Source of the DNA: Felis catus
Lineage: Eukaryota
NCBI RefSeq assembly: GCF_018350175.1
Contig: NC_058368.1
Location: forward strand, 195,674,001 to 195,738,000
DNA length: 64,000 bases
Direction of reading: 5' to 3'
The notes below the pieces were generated by a model, which saw only the letters and a list, made by a program, of their open reading frames with translations, was not told where the DNA came from and did not search any database. A program made the position numbers and the translations under genes. Of this stretch, positions 37,644-50,889 are shown in pieces. Positions within the stretch are counted from its first letter, which is position 1, and every line of letters starts with the position of its first letter.

Positions 37644-39130
37644 TTAATCTTTATTTATTTTTGAGAGAGAGAGAGACAGAGCACGATCAGGGAGGGACAG
37701 AGAGAGAGGGAGACACAGAATCCGAAGCAGGTTCCAGGCTCTGAGCTGTCAACACAGAGCCTGATGCAGGGCTCGAACCCACAGACAGACCACAAGATCA
37801 TGACCTGAGCCGAAGTCGGACGCTTAACCGACTGAGCCACCCAGGTGCCCCATATGCTCTCCATTCTTGAGGGCAGAGTTTCTACTGATTTTTAAACTAT
37901 TTGTTATTTCCTCAGTGGTTACTCTAGGGCTTAGAGTGTTTCTTAATTTATCATAATATCCTTCAGATTAATATTAATTTAATCCCAATGATATATAGAA
38001 AATTTGCTCCACTCCCCCTACTTCCTGCTATTGTTGTCACATATGTTTCTATAGGTTGAAACCCAACAATACAGTGTTACAATTGTTGCTTTACATAATT
38101 TTGTCTTTTGACCAAACCAAGAGGACACACACAAATACCTCCCTATTCCCCTATAATTTCTTTCTTCTCCCCTCTTTGGAACTGTAAAATATATCTCTTT
38201 ATGTTAGAGATCCAACAATTCATTTTTTAAAATGATTATTTATTTTGGAAAGCGAGAGAGAGAGAACTTGAGCAGGGGAGGGGGAGAGAGAGAGGGAGAC
38301 ACAGAATCTAAAACAGGCTCTAGGCTCTGATCTGTCAGCACAGAGCCTGATGCGGGGCTTGAACTCATGAGCAATGAGATCATGACCTGAGCTGAAGTCA
38401 GACGCTTAGCTGACTGAGCCACCCAGGTGCCCCCCAACAATTCAATTTTCAAAAACAGATTTATGGAGATATAGTTTGTATATCATACAATTCACCCATT
38501 CAAAGTGTACAATTCAGTGGTTTCAGGGTATTCACAGACACGTGTAGCTACCACCTCAGAAAGACATTCGATACCCTTTAGCCATCATCTCCCTACAACC
38601 TCTGAGTATCTGCCTTTCTCTCTAGTTTTCATGGTAGTGGTCTGTCCTGTGACTTCAATTCTCTACAAGATCCAAGAAGAGTTGTTGATTTCCAGTTTGT
38701 TCAGATTGTTTTTCTTGTTGTAAAAATGGGATTGACAACTTCCAAGATTTTTCTATGTCTGACAAGAAAGCTCAGTTTCTTCATTCTTTGTTTTTCCCTT
38801 TCTTTTTTCAGATTGTATACTAATGACCTATCTTCAATTTTCCTAATTCTCCTGCCGACTTAAATTTACTTTTGAGCCCTTATAGTGAATCTTCATTTCA
38901 GGGACTGTACCTTTCAACACCAGAATTTCTACCTGGCTTTTTCAAATAATTTTTATCTATTGATATTTTCTATTTGATGATTTACTGTCATAATTTCCTT
39001 TAGCTTTTTGAAAATATAGTATCTTCTTTGGAATCTTTGCCATATAAGTTCAAAATCTGGGCCTCCTCAAAGTAGTTTCTATTGTCACTGTTTTTCCTGT
39101 ATAGGGTTATAGTACTGTTTCTTTGTATCG
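35455..39130 (-). mobile_element. Patchwork of antisense old L1 fragments with Can-SINEs (about 35510-35747 -, 36905-37042 +, 37610-37850 -, 38235-38435 -)
   Basis: T-rich L1 antisense motifs (ACAATTCACCCAT, TTTTCAAGGTTCATCCATGTTG); SINE heads and tails; (TTA)n tail at about 37613-37643. Confidence 0.65.
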
Positions 39131-41487
39131 CTCATAGCTTTTGAGATAATACTGTGTAGCCACTTTGGATTATGATGCACCCCTCTCAGGGCTTATTGAT
39201 GTTGCTCTGTTTTGTTAATTTTGTTGGTTTGCTTAATGGCTTCCCTGGGCTAATTTTGTGGAGTCTATTTTCCCCTACAGTGTGTAGCCTCTGACATCAC
39301 TGCTCAGTTCTCCTATGTGCTTTCCCAGAAGTCACTCTGGCTCAAAAAACTTAATGTTTAGCCAGTCAGAGGTTGTGCTTAATTAAGCCTCTTGAGCCAG
39401 TAAGGCTTCTACTCTTTGTTAATGGATCTGCGTATGACTTGGGGGACTCCTTCAAGTCTTCCCCATGTTTAGTCAGTGACTAGTGCCTTTCACATGCCTG
39501 CTCTGGCTGGTCCTTGATGTGTGTGTGATACCTAGACATGCACCCAGCCTTCTGGACAGGGACTATTGTAACTATTATCTTACAAGGCCCTTTTTAAGCT
39601 ATTTCTGTGGTTCTTTCCGTTAAACTCCTGGATGGCCTGCTGTTTCATTTGTTATTACTTGTTTTATAGAACTGTTAGAACTGGAATTGCTTACAACTAG
39701 TATCTCTATTTTCAACAATGCCTAAGTCATGCATTCCTCCACACTATGGACCAAAGTCAGTTCCTTCTGTGGAGCTTCCAGCCTTCCCTTCTTGCCTTCC
39801 CTCTGGACAGGTGTCTAATCTATTGCATTGGAGCAATAGGGGAGGTGGAAGGGACAGCCTGTTTTTCCTGGAGTGACGTGTGTCCTACAAGTGGAGCTGA
39901 GGAAACTCCAGGACTTCTCCTCTTGACATGGAAACTCAACCCTACAGGTGGGATTTAGGGGGAGGAATGGAGACCCAAGGTCTTTCTGATTCACTCCTTC
40001 CAGGATAGAACCTTTGCCTTCTAAGTGGGGCCTGGTAGAATGAGAGTTTGCCGTCTTTTCGTCGTGGCCCTGGACAGAACATGTGCCCTACAGGCTAGAG
40101 CATGGGGGGTGGGGTCAGAGCCCCAGTATACTTGGCCTTCCTTGCCGTGGGCTGAGCCTCTACATAGAAGCAGGAGCTAGGTTGGGCATGGAAGTCCATC
40201 TTCTTAGCTGCAGCTGACTAAAGATGAGCTTCTGTACCATAGAGCTGGGGTGGCAGATGAGGCTGTAACTTTGAAGATCTCAGACCTGAATGAGATTTCA
40301 GCCTCTTAACAGGATCTTTTTTCCGAGTCCCTTTATTTCACTGAAAAGGTTTATCAGGTTGTTGATGTTTAAAGTTTAAAGTCTAAAGTTTAAAGTTTAA
40401 AGTCTTTTAAAACATTCTGTTCTTATATGAAGTCTAGAATAGTTGGTTTTTCTTGAACTCTGTAAGACCCCAAATGTCTGGACTCTATTTGCTTTCATTT
40501 TGGCTTGTCAATCATTGATTTTGCCTGAGTTTCTCTCTTTTTTATCATAGCTTGCCAAAGGCAGCAAGTATCAACCAGCAAATATCAACCGGCAAATATT
40601 ACTAACACTCTGTTTTCTAATATCTTCTAGAGCTGTCAGCACAGTAGGCTTATGTAGAGGAGACAATGTTACCGTACGTTTTGCCAGTTTGTCACCATCC
40701 TTCCAGGCTTTGACATCAGTTTTCTCACTCCCAGAGAACTAGGCCAATGTCACCTATTTTAGTTTTTGTGACATTAGTAGTACACTTGTAGAAGCAACCT
40801 CTAAACAAAATGACTTAATACAGAACAATGCAGGGTGGTGGTTCCAGGCCCATACGCTTGCTTCTAAGAATGAAAAAGAATGATGCATGCAACCCCCACA
40901 GTCCTATCTCCTTCCATCAAAGCCCTGATCACAGTGAATTGTTTCCCTTGTCTAATTACAATGGGAACTCCAATTATACACTTGAAAAATCTAAACACAG
41001 CTAACATCTTATGAGCACCATACATGTATTGCATTGTGTAATCCTTGCAATAACCCAAGAAATCACAGCACTATTCTAATTCACAGAAGAGACCGTAAGA
41101 CTCAAAGCAAATCCACAATCTAGATCTAGCTGGCTCCCGAATGAGAGCTCTCACACTACCTCACATTTTTTTTTCTGTATTCCTAAACCTCTACTAAAAC
41201 TCACTTCAGAAGAATGAAGCTCTGTCTCTAATTAATAAATTAGGAACAAGTTGACTTCTAATGCCACCGATATTCACATAGAAATTTATAGCATATCTAC
41301 TGCCCACCACGGAATGGATTTTATTTGTAAAAATGAATTATTCTTTCTGAAAAAAGTCTCTACATTTCTGAATTATAAAATCCTTATTAAAGTATTTCTT
41401 ACTATTCTATCACGAGGTGAAACATACAGAAATGGTACACAATACAACATACTCCGAATCATACTGGTAGGTTATACAGTACTTACA

Positions 41488-41895
41488 ATTTTTAAAAAAT
41501 ATTTATTCTTGAGAGAGAGAGAGAGAGGGAGAGAGCAAGTGTAAGTGGGGGAGGGTCAGAGAGAGGGAGACACAGGATCCAAAGCAGGCTCCAGGCTCTG
41601 AGCTGTCAGCACAGAGCCTGATGTGGGGCTTGAACTCACAAACCGCTGAGCCGAAATCGGACGCTTAACTGACTGAGCCACCCAGATGCCCTGAGTAATT
41701 TTTTTGTTTATTTATTATTTTTGAGAGGATGGGGGAGGGGCAGAGAAAGAGAGAGATGGAGACACAGACCTGAAGCAGGTTCCAGACTCTGAGCTGTCAG
41801 CACAGAGCCTGACATGGGGCTTGAACTCACAGACCACAAAATCATTACCTGAGCCAAAGTCGGATGCTCAACTGACTGAACCACCCAGGTGCCCC
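41488..41895 (-). mobile_element. Two tandem Can-SINEs
   Basis: Two successive tail-to-head SINE units; AGTACTTA flanks the pair. Confidence 0.88.
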
Positions 41896-41960
41896 TAGAG
41901 TACTTATGACTTGGACACTCAGTTTTATGAAGTGTCCCAGTGAAAAGGAGCAGTAGTGTG

Positions 41961-42310
41961 TGTATTAGTCTGCTGTGCTGCCATAACAAAATCCATAAAC
42001 TGGGTAGCTTAAGAAACTGAAATTTATTTTCTCACACTTCTGGAGGCTGGGAGTCCAAGATCAAGGTGCCAGCAGGGTTGGCTTCCTCTGAGGTCATCTT
42101 CCTGCTGCCTCTTCCCACGGTCTTTCCTCTGAGCACGTACATCCCTGGTGTCCTAATCTCCTTTTCTTATGAGGACACTGGTCCCATATGAGTAGGGCCT
42201 ACTCTAATGGCTTCATTTTAACTTAATTACTCATTAGAGGCCCTATTTCAAAACATAGTGATATTCTGAGGTACTGGGCATTAAGTCTTTAATTAGGGAA
42301 CACAATAACA
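41961..42310 (-). mobile_element. MaLR LTR (MLT1-like)
   Basis: TGTATTAGTCTGC...GCTGCCATAACAAA...GGAGGCTGGGAGTCCAAGATCAAGGTG signature. Confidence 0.8.
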
Positions 42311-42862
42311 ATATGGAAGAAGGGGGTGGTTTAGTCACCAAAAGCCACTATTTAAATCATAGTGACTGTTGTAAGAAGCCATGGCTACTTTCTTTTGCCC
42401 ACTTTCATGTATCTATGTCATATATAAATATGTATAATAATAACACCTTTTCATACTCTACTGCTGATCAAAAATTAACAGAAGTCTTTTATACACATAC
42501 CAGCATTCAACAGGAAAGAAAAGTTTATTTTAATTGAAGTACAGTTGACATATAATATTAGTTTTAAATTCTTCTTGAATGACATATTTTCTTTTAAATA
42601 GAAGAAAAATAGTATTATTCAACATAAAAGATCTTGGCAGATGGCATTGTACATATAATACTTATTCTGTATTCATAATTATGTTAACTTCACATATACA
42701 ATTCCAATATAAGGTTTATATACAATCAGGAATCTAAGGCTTTCATATTTTGTAGATTGTCCATATATGGTTTTCTAATTTTGTTCTGACTAGTCCGCTT
42801 ACTAATATTTCAAAAGTCTTTGTGGTCCACATTGAGCATTTATCCTTTAACAAGGAGATATA

Positions 42863-43073
42863 CTTTTTTTTTTTTTACATTTTATTTATTGTTGATAGAG
42901 ACAAAGCACAAGTGGGGGAGGGGCAGAGAGAGCCGGAGACACAGAATCTGAAGCTGGCTCCAGGCTCCGAGCTGTCAGCACAGAGCCCAATGTGGGGCTC
43001 GAACTCACAAACCATGAACTCATGACCTGAGCCGAAGTCGGACGCTTAACCGACTGAGCCACCCAGGTGCCCC
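42863..43073 (-). mobile_element. Can-SINE in the probable KRAB-ZNF 3' UTR
   Basis: TSD ACAAGGAGATATACTTT; full-length body. Confidence 0.9.
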
Positions 43074-43214
43074 TGACAAGGAGATATACTTTCTATATCT
43101 TCTAGAAATACTTTGGGATCGCATCTGGAATATCACTTCTACAAAAACATAATTACACACTTTTAAAATATGTTGAATTAAGAGGCTTGACTTCTTGATA
43201 CATAATAAGATTTG

Positions 43215-43420
43215 ATTTTTTTTTAATGTTTCTTTCTTTTTAAGAGAAAGAAAGAGAGGGGGGAGGGGCAGAGAGAGGGAGAGGGAGACACAGAGTCTGA
43301 AACAGGCTCCAGGCCCTGAGCTGTCAGCACAGAGCCGGACACGGGGCTTGAACTCCAGAACAGCGAGATCATGGCCTAGGCCAAAGTCAGATGCTTAACA
43401 GACCGAGCCACTCCAGCACT
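43215..43420 (-). mobile_element. Can-SINE about 60 nt downstream of the KRAB-ZNF stop codon
   Basis: TSD AAGATTTGATTT; SINE body. Confidence 0.88.
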
Positions 43421-43479
43421 CCAAGATTTGATTTCTACTGAAGCTTTTAGTTGAAGATATTCCCACATTAGTTTCTCTT

Positions 43480-44408
43480 TTAAGGAATTTTTTCTTTATG
43501 AGTCCTTTTATGTCGACAGAGGGCCGAGCTATGTCTGAAGGCTTTTCCACACTGACTGCATTCATAGGGCTTTTCTCCTGTGTGAGTTCTGTGATGTATG
43601 AGGAGGTCAGACTTCTCAGAAAAGGCTTTTTTGCACTCATTACATTCATAAGGTTTCTCCCCAGTATGGATTTTCTGATGTCTCATAAGGCAGGACACTT
43701 CACTGAAAGCCCTCTCACACCTGGTACATACGTAAGGTTTCTCTCCTGTGTGTATTCTCTGATGTACAAAGAGGTGAGACTTCATGCTGAAGGCTCTCCC
43801 ACATTCATCACACCCATAGGGTTTCTCTCCAGTATGAGTTCTCTGATGAATACTGAGGTGTGATTTTTGGAAAAACGCTTTCCCACACTCATCACATTCA
43901 TAGGGTTTCTCCCCAGTGTGAATTCTTTGATGTTCAGTGAGGTGTGACTTATGGGTGAAAGCTTTTCTACATTCAGTACATTCATAAGGTTTCTCTTGAG
44001 TATGGATCCTGAGATGTGTAACAAGATTGGATTTCTTGCTGAAGGCTTTCCCACACTCTGTACATACAAAGGGCTTTTCTCCTGTATGAGTTCTCTTATG
44101 TATAATAAGGTCTGACTTCTGGAAGAAGGCTTTCCCACATTCACTACATTCAGTCTTTTTTGAGTATCTTCTATTACCACTAAATAAGCCGAAAAAATTC
44201 AAACTCCTACCGTAGGGGTCATATTTTTGGAGTCTCTGTTTTGAAGAAATGAAGTCTGTGCTCAGATGAAATATATTTCCAAGTGCATTACACTTGTTAC
44301 CTTTCTCGTCAGTCCCAGTTTCCTGGTCAATGAATGCAGCATGCTTCAAAAGTGTTTCTTGGTTCTCTTGGTGTTGTTCCATGTGGTCACCAAGTTGCCA
44401 TGTTTCTT
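43480..44408 (-). CDS. KRAB zinc-finger gene, last exon: spacer plus 8 intact C2H2 fingers with TGEKP-type linkers
   Basis: TAG acceptor at 44411-44409; 929 bp, phase 1; open to TAA at 43482-43480; eight CxxC-x12-HxxxH repeats. Confidence 0.93.
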
Positions 44409-45204
44409 CTATAAGGAAGCATAATTAACTATATGTGTGTGGATATTTCTGCTAATGTATCATGGCTCCTAACCTTTCACCCTATTGTTGAGACTGAATC
44501 TTTACTCTCAGGCCTAGTATCTGTATCTAAAAGAAATACCAAGGCTAAATGGAATCCACACCCCTGAGCTTTGCAAGAAAACCACAACTTAAAAAAAAAC
44601 TATTATTAGTAGAAATGGAAATAGAGAATATGACCAAGAACACATATGTATCTGGCTATATGCAACTAGGACTTTGCAAATTGGGGAGAAAAATGAAAAT
44701 AATCCCAAAGAGCAGTAAAAGGGATCAAAGCTGTGACAGGGTCAATAGGAAGAGCCCATTTGGTGAATGAAAATAACTAGGATGAGACGGTGATTAGAGG
44801 AAATGAAGAAAAGACTGGCTGAGGAACAGAGAGATCTGAGCTGGTGCTCATCAGCTCATTGTCGGATTGCTCTAGTGTAATCTCCACTTGTCTCTTTGTT
44901 TCCAATGTCTCTGAGCTCTTGTCTATTCATCCATCAACACGAAATTGATTTGACAAAACCACCAACCACTTGCAAGCAGGAACACCTTTGTAGCCAGTCC
45001 TTCAAAAAGCCATGTAACAGTAATTCATTCTTGTATGGGTGTGAGGGCCCAGGAATTCATATGTCCAGTAAGAGAGAGAGAGGCCACAGGGTAAGCAAAA
45101 TACTACCTGCCTCAAGACAGATTAACCACTGGATTCTTGCTGCTCAGTGTATCATCTTATCCTATAATAGTTCATAGATACTGCATTAATCCTGATGTTT
45201 CAAA

Positions 45205-45388
45205 ATTTTTTTAAATTATTTTTGAGACCGTGAGCAGGGAAGGGGCAGAGAGAGAGAGAGGAAGAGAAGATCTGTAGCAGGCTCTGTGCTGACAGCAGAG
45301 AGCCCAACGTGGGGCTCAACTCACAAACTGTGAGATCATGACCTAAACTGAAGTCAGATGCTTAACCCACTGAGCTACCCAGGTACCT
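45205..45388 (-). mobile_element. Can-SINE in the KRAB-ZNF intron
   Basis: SINE body; TSD AATCCTGA. Confidence 0.85.
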
Positions 45389-46049
45389 CAATCCTGACTT
45401 TTAAATACTCTCCCCACCTTCCTCTCTACCTACCACATATGGAAGAGGAACTGCAGTTAAGCACACAGGGAGTAAATCCAGATTACCAGGGTTTCAATCC
45501 TAGCTCCCTCCCTCACTAATTAGACATGTGGCACAGGTCAAGTTCCTTGATCTCTCTGGGTCTCAGTTTCCCTTTCCATAAAAAAGGAAAGTAATAGCAC
45601 CTACCTTGTAGTGTTGTTGTGAGGATTAATGAGTCAATAGATGTAAAGTACTCAGAATACTGCCTCCTACATAATACATTTTCTCAGAGATCATTATGTG
45701 TATTATTACTGATCCTGAGACAACTATGTGCTTGCCACTTTCTGCTTTGTATCATGCTTTCCAAATTTCTGGATTCTATTACTATGGAGACTGTAAGCAG
45801 CAGATTTCTCATTCAGCATCTAAAATCCTATCTATCTTCATTTTCATCCATCTTATAAACCTCAGGCAATACTTGACTATTGTGAAACTTATGCTACCTA
45901 CATCAGAGCAATAAAGTCATTCCTTGGCTCAGAATCCAACAATTCTACTTAACTTCTTAACCCTGTTCCCAACCTATAAGCCATCAGTCTTTAAAGAAAG
46001 TGAGTGGATTTCCATTCTTTATCCAACACTAGGTCCCCAGAAGCTAAAC

Positions 46050-46898
46050 TAGACATCTGTCCAAGGAAGATATACAGATGGCCAAAACACACTCATGCTC
46101 AATGTCACTAGTCATTCAATGCAAGTTGAAACCACAATAAGATACTACTTCATATCCATTAGGATTGCTATGATAAAAACAAAACAAAAAATAACAGGCA
46201 TTGGTGAGGAATGTGGAAAAACTGGAAACTTTGGGCACTGCTGGTGAGAATGTAAAATTGTGTGGTAGCTGTGGAAAACATCATAGCAATTCCTTAAAAA
46301 TGTAAACACAGAATCACCACATGATCCAGCAAATTCACTTCTGGGTATATACCTAAAAGAACTGAAAGCAGGGGCTCAAACAGGTTATTTGTACACCAAT
46401 GTTCATAGAAGCATAATTCACAGTAGCCCAAAGGTGGAAACAATTCAAATGTTCACTGCAAATGAACAGATAAACAAAATGTGGTATATACACATGATAG
46501 AGTATTATTCAGCCATAAGAAGGAATAAAATTCTATCACATGCTGTAACACGGATGAACTCTGAAGGTATTACGCTAAGTAAAATAAATCAGATATAAAA
46601 GGACAAATATTGTATGATTCCATTTAGATGGGGTACCCAGAATAGTCAGATTCATAGCAAAGAAAGGAGAATAGTGGTTCCCAGGGGCAAGCAGGGGAGG
46701 TAGAATGGGGAGTTATTGTTTAATGGGGTACAGGGTTTCAACTCGTGATGATGAAAGAGCTCTGGAGATGGATGGTGGTGATGGTGGCACATCAGTGGGC
46801 ATACACTTAATGGCACTGAACTGTATGCTTAAAAATAGTTAAATTCTGCGTTATACATACTTTGTCAAAATTGAAAAAAAAAAAAGAAAAAGAAAAAA
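46050..46898 (+). mobile_element. Old L1 (L1MB-like) 3' end with A-tail
   Basis: Degenerate ORF2 C-terminus (ORF 46389-46598, QINKMWYIH) and 3' UTR with GGAGATGGATGGTGGTGATGG. Confidence 0.85.
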
Positions 46899-47149
46899 TC
46901 TTCTCTACGTCTTAAATGAAGTTGGTGAGAATCACAGGCAGAATATACCTGGCAAGGAAAACATCACTCTTTAACAGCCATGCAAAGAAAAGCATTACTG
47001 TGGGAAGGCGATGTATATGGAAATAGTGTTCAGGTAAATAAGGAACTTATGTCGGCCACCCCAGTTATTTCAAAAGGTCTAAGGCCTTTAAGAAGAGAGT
47101 CCTGAAGCATATTTTTCAAAGATGCTAACCCTTATTGATCAACTGTGAT

Positions 47150-47772
47150 CTTTTTCTAAAACTTCTTTTAAATTCCAGTATAGTTAACATATAGTGTTAT
47201 ATTAGTTTCAGGTGTAAAATATAGTGATTCAACAGTTCCATATATTATTCAGTGCTCATCGTGATAAATATACTCTTTAAAAAATTTTTTTTAATGTTTA
47301 CTTATTTTTGAGAGACAGAGACACAGCATGAGCGGTGGGAGGGGCAGATACAGAGGGAGACACAGAATCTAAAGCAGGCTCCAGGCTCTGTCAGCAAGGA
47401 GCCTGATGCGGGGCTTGAACTCATGAATCGTGAGATCATGACCTGAGCTGAAGTCGGATGCTTAACTGATGGAGCCACCCAGGTGCCCCATGATAAATAT
47501 ACTCTAAATCCCCTTCATTTATTTCACCCATCCTCTCACCACCTCCCCTCTGGTAACCATTAGATCAACTGTGATTTTTTTTTAATGTTTTATTTATTTT
47601 TGAGAGAGAGACAACGGGAAGGGCAAAGAGAGGGAGACACAGAATCCAAAGCAGGCTCCAGGCTCTGAGCTATCAGCACAGAGCCCGAAATGGGGCTTGA
47701 ACTCACGGACCACGAGATCACGACCTGAGCCAAAGTCAGACGCTTAACGGACAGAGCCACCCAGGAGCCCCA
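47150..47772 (-). mobile_element. L1 3' fragment (47150-47561) containing a SINE (about 47285-47489), followed by a second SINE (47576-47771)
   Basis: GATCAACTGTGAT occurs three times as TSD; the inner SINE has TSD TGATAAATATACTCT. Confidence 0.85.
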
Positions 47773-47831
47773 GATCAACTGTGATCGTAATTTCATTCAC
47801 TTCCATCCACAGAGCTCTTTACCTAACTCAC

Positions 47832-47927
47832 CTGCATAGCTCCAATTTGGGATTTCTCTCTCTACCATCCATGGTTCTTCACCTTGCTCCAACTTGTGGA
47901 TCACAGATGGCTTAGTAGTTTGATAGC
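47832..47927 (-). CDS. KRAB-B exon, (G)YQTTKPSVIHKLEQGEEPWMVEREIPNWSYA(E)
   Basis: KPxVIxKLEQGEEPW KRAB-B motif; CAG acceptor and GTGAGT donor; typical 96-bp exon. Confidence 0.93.
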
Positions 47928-48069
47928 CTGTCAATGGAAAATGATATGGGATTTGGACCTAGCTACCTGGGCTTCAGGTCCTTTGAACTCTGAACTTCAT
48001 CAGGAACTGCCCGATGAAGGTGCCCATTTGTATCTGAAAAAGAGAGGTCTTTAAACAAACTTGTAGTCA

Positions 48070-48432
<363 letters not shown>

Positions 48433-49109
48433 TCATTACTTGATTATCCTTCCTGAAATTTAGCCCCATTTCATTTTGGGTTGTATTATACTAATTTGGT
48501 CTCATTCTGTTTCTCTAGCACAGTCCTTTGATGCCCATTTGTCTAGTTTTGTGTTCCACTTCATGGGTGACACAAAAATCATATCTAGAGTAGTTTATAC
48601 TTACAGGTTCGTTATTTATTAGGCCATTCATTCATTAAGTCACTAAGCAAACATTTAGTGAGCGCCCCATACATGTCCAGAACTGAATGTCCTAGATCCA
48701 AAAGATCAAATATTGGAATCTGATCCAATTTGCCAAGGCACAGAAAAAATGCTCACTTGCTACCAAGTTACACAAAGAGAAAAGGCACTGCTCAAAATGC
48801 TCGTGGTAAGTGTTTTTTCAACAAATATTTTAATTCTCAATGTTTCAAATTATAATGTGCTAAATATTTGTTTTTACTAGTTTTCATTTCCCTATACTTG
48901 CATAACCAACAGTAAGAGGATTTAATGTTTTAAATTTTAACGTTTAAACATTTAAATGTTTAATGTTTAAAATTTTTAAAGGTCACAGAACCGTAACCAA
49001 TGTAAAAAATCCTGCTAATTATTAAGATTGCTTTGCATGATTTTAGCTCACATGGTCATTTTTACAGTCCCTCACTACTGTTCCTATATAATGGGACAAA
49101 CTAACTCAC

Positions 49110-49124
49110 CTGCGACTTGGTCAT
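49110..49124 (-). CDS. KRAB-ZNF start-codon exon, MTKSQ (whole exon probably 49110-49154)
   Basis: AAAATGACCAAGTCGCAG|GTGAGT; MxKSQ start typical of this KRAB-ZNF clade; the four exons total 1167 nt = 388 aa + stop. Confidence 0.85.
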
Positions 49125-50008
49125 TTTCTGCAGCCTCTGGGTGAAGACAGAGGTCTATGAGGACAGAGGGAAGGGAAGGGATGGAGCCATGAGAGACCAG
49201 GTATGACTTGAAGATCCCAGAATCACCAGTGTAACAAACCCATATGCAGATGCCGCAACAGCTGGGTTGAGGAAGCCACCCTGTGGGAGATCGTCCCCTG
49301 GGGCCCTCTAGAACTCACTGTGAGAAAAAACACAGATTTGCACTGAGATTTAGGATATCTGCTGCAAGGATATCTGTTGTAGCATTTTTAACATATTGAA
49401 AAGTTGGAAGACATTAAGGAACTGGTAAAACAGATATATACTCCAAAGATAAAGTAATTTACAGTCATCAAAAATGATGTTGCCAAATATTTATCAATAT
49501 GTAATGGCAATTGGTGCACATCCTTCTGTGACTGTTTAGTCATGCCTTCTGTGGATTCTAACGAGGGCTGTAGGAGCACAGACAGGTTGGAGTCTGAAGG
49601 TAGAATGTACCAGCAACAGATTCTCACTGGGACCTAGGAACTGGGGAAGAGACACCAACAGACCCTGGAAATAAAATGTCCACATGGTGTGATTCACGCA
49701 ACAGTCTTTCTGGAATCTTTCCCAGGGGAGCTGAGGTGCAGATTCCTGTGCTCCAAGCCAAGCAGGAGCAGAGGTCAGTTAAATCCTATGTTTTAGGTTG
49801 GGAAACCTCTATAAAGGGTAGAAGATTTAGAGGAAAACATTTGGGCTTGAATTTACCTGCTGGCTATTTGACTTTGGGCAAGTTACTCAGCTTTACCTTT
49901 CTGAGCCTCAGTAAAATCAGAAATAATATCTATATTGTATCAGTGATTAGGTAAGAAACATATTTTGATTAAGGTAAGAAACATATTCTACAAAACAACC
50001 TAATGTTA

Positions 50009-50009
<1 letters not shown>

Positions 50010-50046
<37 letters not shown>
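50010..50046. repeat. (TG)n microsatellite
   Basis: Directly visible. Confidence 0.95.
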
Positions 50047-50048
<2 letters not shown>

Positions 50049-50889
50049 ATGCTGGCTGTTCCTTCTACCCAGCACAACCTTCTATTTCTTCATCTTTGCT
50101 CAAAAATCACCAAGGAGGCCTTCGCTGTCTACCTAATTTAAACTTAATCCCCCCATCTCCCTTACCCTGATCTACTTTTTCTTTGTGTATAAGTTCAAAT
50201 ACATAATTTACTATCTAATATACTACATAATTATGCTTACTGTTAATTGACTATCTCTACTTACTAAAACTAAAATTTCATGAAGGCAGGGATTTTTGTC
50301 TGCTTGATTCAGTATTGCACCCCTAGCACTAACAATAGTGTCTGGTTAATGGATGCCCAATAGTCATTTTAAAAATACAGTTATATATAATACATTTCAT
50401 AAAACAATCCTTATCACAAGGGAATACATATGTGCTACTTTACAGTATTTATTTTTAATGCTTGCATATAAGAGTACATGCTGTAGGATTCCATTTATAT
50501 GATGTTCTACGAAGCAAAATTAGCCTATAGAGATAGAAATTGAAAAAAACTGGTTCTTAAGCAGGTGGGGGGTTGCATTTCTGGGGGATTAAAATGTTCT
50601 GTATTTTGATGGGGGTGGTAATCATACGGGTGCATCTACAAACTTTTTACTCTGTAAATTATGTGCAAATCATTCTATGTAAATTATATACGACCTAAAA
50701 GTACTGGCAAATAAAATACTAGTCTTGGCTCACTAAACAAATTTCACTACCACTACTGCGTTGCAGCCAATGGTTGAAAACCTGACTTAGAGGGTTGCTG
50801 TAGGGTTAAAAGTTAGATGCCTTTGGAAAAGCAGGTAGTAAGGTAGTACTCCACCTGGAACATTTCAGACCTTCAGTAAAACTTGGTTC

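Noticed and set aside
40368..40405. Short tandem (AAAGTTT)n, and similar small duplications at about 35267-35323 and 49945-49987
   Set aside because: Ordinary slippage duplications with no repeat-spacer organisation or other sign of function
43395..44180. Alternative-frame and antisense ORFs over the zinc-finger exon
   Set aside because: Shadow ORFs typical of periodic C2H2 arrays
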